Below are positions 26,653 to 33,888 of a DNA stretch of 37,805 bases, piece after piece (position 1 is the stretch's first letter; the number at the start of each line of letters is the position of its first letter). The position numbers and the translations under genes are program-made. The stretch is from Patescibacteria group bacterium. Its GTDB lineage: Bacteria; Patescibacteriota; Minisyncoccia; UBA6257. A model generated the notes under the pieces. That model did not search any database and was not told the DNA's origin. It saw nothing but the letters and a program-made list of their open reading frames with translations. The DNA lies in contig JAUPUN010000004.1 in NCBI GenBank assembly GCA_030917555.1, positions 1 to 37,805 of the forward strand. The letters run 5' to 3'.

Positions 26653-27070
26653 AAAGAATAATAATTTCTAATTTTCCCTGAGAATTTTGAGTAATTTTTA
26701 CCTGATGATAAGTTACTGCCTTGATTTGAGTCTGAAATTGTTCTATTTTGAAACCAAAAATTTGAGCCTGAAGCTGGGTATCAGTTAAATGTTTAATTTG
26801 TAAGCGAGGAAAAACTGCTTGCTCAATCTCACTTTGGGCTAACACTTCATTTAAAAAATCTACCAATAAAGTAGCTAAATTAACTGAGGAAAGATTAAGC
26901 TCTTGTTGAAGAGAAAAAGAAGAAGGAAAGGGCTCTTTCGTTAAAACATGAGCCATAGCCTCTAGCGCCCCTTCAAAGAGCTCTGCTTTAGTTTGAGCTA
27001 CTATTTTTAACTTTAAATCAGCTGGATGAGTTAAAACTGTCCAATGATAAACCATGCTTAATTGTAGCAC
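26642..27070 (-). CDS. Archease (RtcB activator)
   Basis: 142 aa. THPADLKLKI..QTKAELFEGALEAM and IKAVTYHQVKI are typical of archease. Lies directly upstream of rtcB. GTG start at 27070, or ATG at 27055. Confidence 0.8.
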   Translation of the reverse strand: MLQLSMVYHWTVLTHPADLKLKIVAQTKAELFEGALEAMAHVLTKEPFPSSFSLQQELNLSSVNLATLLVDFLNEVLAQSEIEQAVFPRLQIKHLTDTQLQAQIFGFKIEQFQTQIKAVTYHQVKITQNSQGKLEIIILFDL

Positions 27071-27087
27071 AAAATCTGATTTAATTT

Positions 27088-27112
27088 AAAAACGCCTCCT
27101 AGGAGGCGTTTT
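27088..27112 (-). terminator. Intrinsic terminator of rpsT
   Basis: Perfect palindrome aaaacgcctcc/ggaggcgtttt (27089-27112), followed by a T-run on the minus strand. The rpsT TAG stop (27099-27101) sits in the hairpin loop. Confidence 0.65.
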
Positions 27113-27377
27113 GCTTTATTTGGGACCTCAATTTTTTAGCTAATTGAGATTTATCGCGGCTTGCTTTATTTTTCTTAATCAGATTAGTCTTAGCAGCTTT
27201 ATCAATCAAGCGGTATAACGTATCCAACTGTTTTTTAGCTTCTTCCAATTTGGCTTCAGCTAATAACTTATTGAACTCCTTTCTGGCTTTTTTAATTTGC
27301 TGCTTCTTAACTAAGTTTCTTTCCTTTCTTTTTAAACTTTTCTTTAAAGCTTTTTTGGCTGATTTTGTGATAGGCAT
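27099..27377 (-). CDS. rpsT: 30S ribosomal protein S20
   Basis: 92 aa. Starts MPITKSAKKALKKSLKRKERN, and the rest is basic and helical. Confidence 0.9.
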   Translation of the reverse strand: MPITKSAKKALKKSLKRKERNLVKKQQIKKARKEFNKLLAEAKLEEAKKQLDTLYRLIDKAAKTNLIKKNKASRDKSQLAKKLRSQIKQNAS

Positions 27378-27484
27378 GAAGATAAATTCAAAATTTTAAA
27401 AATCAAAAGTTAAAATTTGAGACTTTATTTTATTTTTAAGCTTAACAAATTCTTTCTAAAAAATCAAATCTTCCTTAGCAAGCT

Positions 27485-28477
27485 CTAATTTGTTAAAATT
27501 TTTCTGAGATCTAGAAGCAAGAGTTCTAAAGCTAAACCTGGAGGCAGTAAGCCTCGTTTTATTCTTTCGTCACATAAAACAAGCCTTTGATAGACATTTT
27601 TCAATTGCGTTAAAGAAAATTTTTTAGCTAGCGGCAACATTTTAGTAACTGGATAAATCTTTAAATTAGTTTTTCTGGCAATGTCAGCTACAGAAGATGA
27701 TTGACTTTCTTTAATTAAAATTAAGCTTCGAAATTCAAAAATTATCAAAGAAAAAATATGAAGAAAATTAGTAACCGAATCATCTTTTGCAAATTCTTCT
27801 TCCAGTAATTTAAAAGCACGGCTAAAATTACCTGCCGCTAAATAGTCCAAAAAATTAAAAATATTAGTATTAAAGGGAAGCCAAACATAAGTCTCGAGTG
27901 TTTTTCTGTCAACGAGAGGTAGACCCAATAAAGATAGCTTTTGTAAAACATAATAAAGAGCACCGGTCTCAGAACCAAAACTGAAACTTAACAATTCCAA
28001 ACTTTCAGCTGTCAATCTAAAACCTAGTTTTTTAGCTTCTGCCTCAATCCAATTCAAATAAGCTTTTCCTTTAAGCAAAGGGAACTCTTTAACCTGTTTT
28101 GCTTGCTTTTTTAACCAGGTAAAATTTTTAGTATCTTTAATCTCGCCCTCTTCATAAATAATCAAAAGAATACTTTTAGCGCTAGCTACTTTGCTTTCCT
28201 CGATAACCTCAATGATTTCTTTTTTTAAAGTTGCAGCAGTAGTCAAGAGATTTTTTAAACTGATTATTTTTATTTGACTAAAGAGAGTTATACTACCAAA
28301 AAGTTCTTTTAATTGAGCTGGTTCTAAAGCTGTTTCGAATTTATCCGCAAAATCGAAAGAAAAATAAAAATGATTTTTATTATGGTAAAAATCTTTTAAG
28401 TAATTTAAATATTGATTAGAACGAAAAGAATCAGGACCGTAAATTAAATAAATCATACTTGTTGACAATGAGGACAA
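27485..28477 (-). CDS. holA: DNA polymerase III delta subunit
   Basis: 330 aa. IYLIYGPDSF start, and the length and helical C-terminal half fit HolA. Sequence conservation in this family is weak. Confidence 0.7.
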   Translation of the reverse strand: MSSLSTSMIYLIYGPDSFRSNQYLNYLKDFYHNKNHFYFSFDFADKFETALEPAQLKELFGSITLFSQIKIISLKNLLTTAATLKKEIIEVIEESKVASAKSILLIIYEEGEIKDTKNFTWLKKQAKQVKEFPLLKGKAYLNWIEAEAKKLGFRLTAESLELLSFSFGSETGALYYVLQKLSLLGLPLVDRKTLETYVWLPFNTNIFNFLDYLAAGNFSRAFKLLEEEFAKDDSVTNFLHIFSLIIFEFRSLILIKESQSSSVADIARKTNLKIYPVTKMLPLAKKFSLTQLKNVYQRLVLCDERIKRGLLPPGLALELLLLDLRKILTN

Positions 28478-29340
28478 TAAAAAGTGGAGCGATTGTGATC
28501 CTTTGCTCTCTTAATAATGCTTTGGCACCGAACACATTTCTCTCCTTCTCTCTGATACACTTTTAAACGGGAACTAAAGCTCCCCGGGCTGCCATCTAAC
28601 ATCCGGTATGCTTCGTCTTCAGCTGAAGTACCTTTAAATTTCAAAGCTTCTCCTAAAACCTTTTTTATAGCTGAAAATAACTTGTCTATTTCTTCTTCCT
28701 TCAGCTCTGACGCCTTTTTAAAAGGATTAAGTTTAGCTTCAAATAAAATTTCATTGGCATAAATATTACCAATGCCGCTCAAATATTCTTGATTCATCAA
28801 AACCTGTTTAATCGGGCCCTTCGTTTTTTTAAGAATCTCCTTGAGCCGACTAGCAGTAAAATCTTTTGCTAAAGGGTCAGGACCTAACTTTTGAAAAGTT
28901 TTCTCTTTTAAAAATTCTGACTGAGTTAATAAAACCACCTTAGCAAAACGCCTTCTGTCAGCCAAAACTAACTGTTTTTGCTGTTTTTGCTTTTCCAAAG
29001 TAAAAACCCAATGAATAAAAGTATTCTCTTTGTCTTGATAATAACCCTGCTCTAAAGATAACCATTTCTGATTGCGAAAAAGATAATGTCCCACTAACAA
29101 GTGTCCTGTTAGTTTTAAATGAATCCATAAAATTAAATCTCCTTCCAGATTTAAAAGAATATTTTTTCCTCTCCGCGCTGCTTGCTTGATTTTTTTGCCT
29201 TTTACAAGAGACTGAAATTGAGGCCAAGTAAGATGATTTTGCTTTCTAAAACTATCACTCCAAACATCAATAATTCTCCAGCCCTGGATTTGCTGGTTTA
29301 ATTGCTGAACAATGGTTTCTACCTCTGGTAATTCAGGCAT
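28453..29340 (-). CDS. mutM: Formamidopyrimidine-DNA glycosylase (Fpg/MutM)
   Basis: MPELPEVETIV, with the catalytic Pro2 requiring the ATG at 29338-29340. The track ORF start at 29364 adds 8 spurious residues. C-terminal zinc finger CVRC...CPHCQ. Overlaps holA by 25 nt. Confidence 0.9.
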   Translation of the reverse strand: MPELPEVETIVQQLNQQIQGWRIIDVWSDSFRKQNHLTWPQFQSLVKGKKIKQAARRGKNILLNLEGDLILWIHLKLTGHLLVGHYLFRNQKWLSLEQGYYQDKENTFIHWVFTLEKQKQQKQLVLADRRRFAKVVLLTQSEFLKEKTFQKLGPDPLAKDFTASRLKEILKKTKGPIKQVLMNQEYLSGIGNIYANEILFEAKLNPFKKASELKEEEIDKLFSAIKKVLGEALKFKGTSAEDEAYRMLDGSPGSFSSRLKVYQREGEKCVRCQSIIKRAKDHNRSTFYCPHCQQV

Positions 29341-29365
29341 GATAATAAAGTCAAAAATTTGCACC

Positions 29366-29396
29366 CACCTAAATTTTTTTTAAAAACATTTAGGTG
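29366..29396. other. Hairpin between the histidine kinase stop and the fpg start
   Basis: 9-bp stem cacctaaat/atttaggtg with a 13-nt A/T loop. No clean T-run follows on the minus strand, so its function is unclear. Confidence 0.3.
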
Positions 29397-29449
29397 AGCA
29401 AGAAAGTTAAAAGTCAAAATTATCTAATCTAGCGGGGGGCAAGAGATGG

Positions 29450-30769
29450 TTACTGCGGGGGAAGATAAGCTGGATCAAGAGGTAAAGAAAAAGTAAAAGT
29501 GGAACCCCGGCCAACTATTGATTCGACCCAAATTTTACCACCGTGGTGCTCTACAATATTTTTTGCTAAATATAAACCTAAACCAATACCACTAGTTTCT
29601 TCCTTCATTACTGCTTCTGATCTAAAAAACTTAGTAAACAATTTTGATAAATCCTGGGGTGCAATTCCTTGACCAGTATCAGCTACTGAAATATTGATAA
29701 AAGGCAATTTAGGATCTAATTCTAGTTTAATAGCTACCTCTCCATTTTCTACGTTATACTTAATAGCATTATCTACCAAAATCTCTAGGACTAATTTTAC
29801 TCGCAGTGGATCCATTACAAATGGTTCTAATTTAAAATTAGGCCGATAAAAAATAAGTTTTACTTTCTTTTTTGAGGCAGCTGGCTCAAAATTGGTTAAA
29901 ACGTCTTCAATGATAGGAATCAGATCGGCTTGAGTAAATTGAAAACCAAATTTGCCTTCCTCTATTTGACTCGCAGTTAATAAATCTTCAACCGTTTTTA
30001 AACTTTCTACTACTGCCTCTTGACCTTGCTTAATTAATTTTTCTTGCTCTGGGGTGAGAGGGCCTAGTTCTTTTTTAACTAATAATTCCAAAATCCAAGA
30101 TAAACCAGCTAAAGGAGTCCTTAACTGATGAGCTGCTACTGTAATAAAATCACGCTGAGTTTTTTGTAAAGCTTCATCTTTAGTTAAATCATGAATAATT
30201 TTTAGAAAACCATAATTATTACCATGTTCGTCTACTACTTTAGTAGTCACAATCTCTAGAGTTAATTCCCGAGGTTGATCAAATTTGACCTTAATTTTCT
30301 GAGGATAAGTATCAGCTGATCTTTCTACCACCAAAGGAGCTAAACTAGGAAAAATTAATTTAGTGAGAAAACCATAGCGAGCGTCATTACTTAATTCTGG
30401 CCTAATTACTTTACCAATCAATTCTTCGCGTTTTAAATTGGTAAACTTTTCTAGGGCTGGATTAACCAAAATAATTTCAAAATCATTAGTATAAGAAACA
30501 GCTGGATCATCGATACTATAAATCATGGCGTTAATCTGATTCCTCTCTAAATCCAAGCGGCTGCTAATTTCAATCAAATTGAGAGCAATAACAGTAGCAA
30601 CTAGCCAAACTCCTAGAGCGAGCAGGCTTAAAATTAAAACTACTGTCTCGGTTTGAAACAAAAAAAGAGCTAATAATAATTGACTGATTAATAAAAGACC
30701 AAGAAAAATAAAAGGCAAAAAAGAACTATCGAAAAAATGTTTTTTGAGTTGAGTAAAAAATTTAAACAT
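29450..30769 (-). CDS. Sensor histidine kinase (two N-terminal TM, PAS-like domain, HisKA, HATPase_c). No response regulator in the window.
   Basis: 439 aa. H-box AAHQLRTPL, N-box LVDNAIKYN, G1 DTGQGI and G2 GIGLGL. Confidence 0.85.
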   Translation of the reverse strand: MFKFFTQLKKHFFDSSFLPFIFLGLLLISQLLLALFLFQTETVVLILSLLALGVWLVATVIALNLIEISSRLDLERNQINAMIYSIDDPAVSYTNDFEIILVNPALEKFTNLKREELIGKVIRPELSNDARYGFLTKLIFPSLAPLVVERSADTYPQKIKVKFDQPRELTLEIVTTKVVDEHGNNYGFLKIIHDLTKDEALQKTQRDFITVAAHQLRTPLAGLSWILELLVKKELGPLTPEQEKLIKQGQEAVVESLKTVEDLLTASQIEEGKFGFQFTQADLIPIIEDVLTNFEPAASKKKVKLIFYRPNFKLEPFVMDPLRVKLVLEILVDNAIKYNVENGEVAIKLELDPKLPFINISVADTGQGIAPQDLSKLFTKFFRSEAVMKEETSGIGLGLYLAKNIVEHHGGKIWVESIVGRGSTFTFSLPLDPAYLPPQ

Positions 30770-30781
30770 ATAAATAAGATC

Positions 30782-33373
30782 TTACAGTTCTCCCCAATTG
30801 GAACCTTGTTTCAAATGAACCTTTAAAGGCACTTCTAATTTTACTACTGTTTCCATAATTTCCTGAAGCTGGGAAGCTATCTTTGGTATTATCTCAGATT
30901 TAATTTCTAAAATCAATTCGTCATGAATTTGTAAAACTAACCTGGCTGCCTCAGTTAACTTTTCTTTTACTAAATAATCGTTAATTTGAATCATGGCAAG
31001 TTTGATAATGTCTGCAGCCAGACCTTGAATGGGTAAATTAACAGCTATTCTTTCTTCCTGCCTTCCTATTTGACCTAAAGAGCCGATTAGCGGCAAAAAG
31101 CGTTTTCTTCCAAATTGGGTTGCCACGTACCCTAAATCTTTGGCTTTAGTTAAAGAATAGTCTAAATAATTCTTCAAACCAGGAAAATTTTTGAAATACT
31201 GTTCTTTAAAATATTTCGCTTCTTTTGAACTGATTTGGGCAGTTTCACTTAAGGCTTTCTCGCCCATTCCATAAATAATGCCAAAATTAATTACTTTGGC
31301 TATTCTTCTCATCTCTGGCGTCACTTGTTCCTCTGGCACCTTAAACAAATAGCTAGCTGTTAAGTTATGGATATCTTTGTCCTGATTAAAAGCTTCTTTG
31401 AGATTAGGATCCAAAGAGAGATGAGCTGCCAAACGTAAATCGATCTGAGAGTAATCCAAAGACAGAAAAACAAAACCGGGAGCAGCTTGAAAAGCGCTTC
31501 TAATTTTTTGGCCCCACTCCCCTTTTAAAGGAATATTTTGTAAATTTGGTTCCTCAGAAGATAAGCGACCGGTAGCAGTGCCAGTTTGATTCCAGATAGT
31601 ATGGATTCTTTGAGTTTGAGGATTAATAAAATTAGGCAAAGTCAATAAAAAGGAAGTCTGCATTTTTTTTAATTGGCGATATTCTATAATTAAAGGAATA
31701 ATTGGGTGTTCGCCTTTGATTTTTTCTAATTCGGCTTCATCAGTAGAAGGCTGACCACCACCAGTTTTTTTTAAGGCTCCTGAATCCAGTTGTAAGACCT
31801 CAAAGAGAATTGTTCTCAATTGTTGGTAAGAATTGAGATTAAAATGTTGCCCAGCTAAATTATAAATTTGCGTCTCTAAATTAAGAAGCTTTTGTTGAAT
31901 TTCTTGAGTTAAAGAAGTCAATTGGACAGGATCAACCAAAATGCCAGTCATTTCCATCTGAGCTAAAATCGGAATTAAGGGTTGCTCTATTTTAGTCCAG
32001 ACTTCCTCTAAATCAAGACTGGCTATTTTAGTTTCAATTACATCAGCCAAATTTAAAAGCTGTCCTACATTTTCTGCTAAGGTCTCTAATTTTAATTCTC
32101 TAAAAAAAATCTTATTTAAAGTAGCCAATTCATAATTTTTCCTTTCAGGATCAAGTAACCAGCCTAAAATTTCTAAATCCTCAAATTTCAGATGTCGACA
32201 ACAAGGAAATTCTTCGATTAAAACTTTAGCCCCAAGAGTTACCCAGCTTTTCTGTTCCTCCCAAGACAAATTAGACAAGTTAGTTAATTCTTCTAAAGGT
32301 ATTTCAAAAATTAATTGCTCCGGAAAAACAAAAAAAACCTTTTTCTTTTGTCTTTCTCCAAATTTTTTACCTTCATAATTGAAATAAATTCCAATCTTTT
32401 GATGTTCTTGAATTAACTTCGCTAAATTATCCCAAGCTGCTTTAGTGGTAACTCTCTCTACTTTAAGAGCTGGCGAGGTTTTCTTACTTAAAGAGGTAGC
32501 AAACAGTCTTTGGCTGAGACTATTAAAACCTAACTGCTGAAAAAGTGGTAAAAGTTTTTCTGAGGAAGGGGGCTTCAGGGTGGCATCTTCTAATTTCACT
32601 TCCAAATCTATCTTTTGATCAAGGGTAACCAATCTTCGATTAAAAAAAGCTTGCTCTTTATTTTGAAGCAAAGTTGTCCTTAGTTTGGGGCTTAATTTTT
32701 GAGCTAAAGGAGTATTCTGTTCTAAATTTTTATAAAGGTTTTCTAAATCATGAAAATCTTGAATCAATTTCAGGGCAGTTTTTTCTCCAATACCAGCTAA
32801 ACCTTTAATATTGTCGGAAGGGTCTCCTCTCAAAGCTTTTACCTCAGGCAATTGCTCTGGCAATAATTGATATTTTTCTTGAATCTTTTTTAGATCATAA
32901 ATAATTTCATCTTTCAGGCCTTTCCTTAAAGTATAAACTTTAGTTCTTTCGTTCACTAACTGCAAAGTATCTAAATCTCCAGTTAAAATAATAATTTCTA
33001 AATCTGGACCTTGAAACTTTGAAGTTAGGACAGCAATTAAATCATCTGCTTCATAACCGCCTTGGGCTAAAACAGGAATACCCCAATTAGTTAAAATCTC
33101 TTTAATAATTTTAATCTGTTCATAAAAATTATCCGGAGCTTTAACTCTTTGTGCTTTATAATCATGATATTCTTCATGCCGAAAAGTGGGTTGAGCCGAA
33201 TCAAAAGTAGCAATGACATAGTCTGGCTTTAATTCGTCCAAAACTTTAAGTAAAACTAAAAGAAAACCATATACTCCATTTACTATTACTCCTTGAGGAG
33301 AAGTTAAGGGAGGTAAAGCATGATAAGCCCGATGTGCCAGGGCGTAACTGTCAATAAGAATTAATCTCTTCAT
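30782..33373 (-). CDS. polA: DNA polymerase I
   Basis: 863 aa. N-terminal 5'-nuclease domain (LILIDSYALAHRAYHAL, GDPSDNIKGLAGIGEKTA). Polymerase motif A LSLDYSQIDLRLAAHLS, motif B RRIAKVINFGIIYGM and motif C LQIHDELILE. Confidence 0.95.
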   Translation of the reverse strand: MKRLILIDSYALAHRAYHALPPLTSPQGVIVNGVYGFLLVLLKVLDELKPDYVIATFDSAQPTFRHEEYHDYKAQRVKAPDNFYEQIKIIKEILTNWGIPVLAQGGYEADDLIAVLTSKFQGPDLEIIILTGDLDTLQLVNERTKVYTLRKGLKDEIIYDLKKIQEKYQLLPEQLPEVKALRGDPSDNIKGLAGIGEKTALKLIQDFHDLENLYKNLEQNTPLAQKLSPKLRTTLLQNKEQAFFNRRLVTLDQKIDLEVKLEDATLKPPSSEKLLPLFQQLGFNSLSQRLFATSLSKKTSPALKVERVTTKAAWDNLAKLIQEHQKIGIYFNYEGKKFGERQKKKVFFVFPEQLIFEIPLEELTNLSNLSWEEQKSWVTLGAKVLIEEFPCCRHLKFEDLEILGWLLDPERKNYELATLNKIFFRELKLETLAENVGQLLNLADVIETKIASLDLEEVWTKIEQPLIPILAQMEMTGILVDPVQLTSLTQEIQQKLLNLETQIYNLAGQHFNLNSYQQLRTILFEVLQLDSGALKKTGGGQPSTDEAELEKIKGEHPIIPLIIEYRQLKKMQTSFLLTLPNFINPQTQRIHTIWNQTGTATGRLSSEEPNLQNIPLKGEWGQKIRSAFQAAPGFVFLSLDYSQIDLRLAAHLSLDPNLKEAFNQDKDIHNLTASYLFKVPEEQVTPEMRRIAKVINFGIIYGMGEKALSETAQISSKEAKYFKEQYFKNFPGLKNYLDYSLTKAKDLGYVATQFGRKRFLPLIGSLGQIGRQEERIAVNLPIQGLAADIIKLAMIQINDYLVKEKLTEAARLVLQIHDELILEIKSEIIPKIASQLQEIMETVVKLEVPLKVHLKQGSNWGEL

Positions 33374-33376
33374 AAA

Positions 33377-33829
33377 CTAAAAACTAAATTCCAAAATCCT
33401 AGTCCGAGCACCTGTTATTTTAAATTTAATTGTCCAATGCTTTTTAGGCAAACTGGATTTGATTTTGTTTCCCCATTCAATAAAGATAATATTTCTGGGG
33501 TCAGCTAATAAATCACTAAAACCCAAAATATCCAAATCTTGAGGATGTTCTAAACGATAACAGTCTAAATGCCACAAATAACTAAAATTTTTGCTTTTGA
33601 GAGGAAATCTTTTCATTAAAACAAAAGTAGGACTAGCGATTTTTTCGTGACAATGAGCTCCGTGAGCTACTCCCTTCAGAAATTCTGTTTTTCCAGCGCC
33701 CAAATTGCCTTCCAAGGACACTACTAAAGCTCCTTTCTTTAAGGGCTTGCTTAGTAATAAACTTTTAATAAAACAGCTGGCGATTTGCTGAGTTTCTTTG
33801 GGACTAGCACTAAGAATAGCATATTTCAT
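33377..33829 (-). CDS. tsaE: tRNA t6A biosynthesis ATPase TsaE (YjeE)
   Basis: 150 aa. LEGNLGAGKTEFLKGVA, SPTFVLMKRF and HLDCYRL. Confidence 0.88.
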   Translation of the reverse strand: MKYAILSASPKETQQIASCFIKSLLLSKPLKKGALVVSLEGNLGAGKTEFLKGVAHGAHCHEKIASPTFVLMKRFPLKSKNFSYLWHLDCYRLEHPQDLDILGFSDLLADPRNIIFIEWGNKIKSSLPKKHWTIKFKITGARTRILEFSF

Positions 33830-33853
33830 TGACTCAATTATAGCACAGAAAAT

Positions 33854-33888
33854 TATAAGTTGTAAGTTATAAGTTATGTGTTATAATG
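33854..33888. repeat. Five heptamers (TATAAGT TGTAAGT TATAAGT TATGTGT TATAATG) in the divergent tsaE/pilB spacer
   Basis: Read directly. The last two units form the extended -10 box. Confidence 0.8.
33879..33887 (+). promoter_or_regulatory. Extended -10 box TGTTATAAT for the PilB-like gene
   Basis: Exact TGnTATAAT match. It overlaps the first ATG of the track ORF (33886), so translation more likely begins at ATG 33892 or 33898. Confidence 0.4.

Noticed and set aside
28958-29227. 89-aa same-strand ORF inside fpg in another frame
   Set aside because: It is fully nested in the well-supported Fpg coding sequence and has no motifs.
29450-30769. Orphan histidine kinase as part of a novel signalling system
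   Set aside because: The domain architecture is ordinary. The absence of a response regulator within one window is not informative.
31900-32500. Possible loss of 3'-5' proofreading motifs in PolA (FNYEG where Exo I DxE is expected)
   Set aside because: I cannot place the Exo I-III motifs reliably without a real alignment. Many PolA enzymes lack proofreading anyway, so this is not reportable from the sequence alone.
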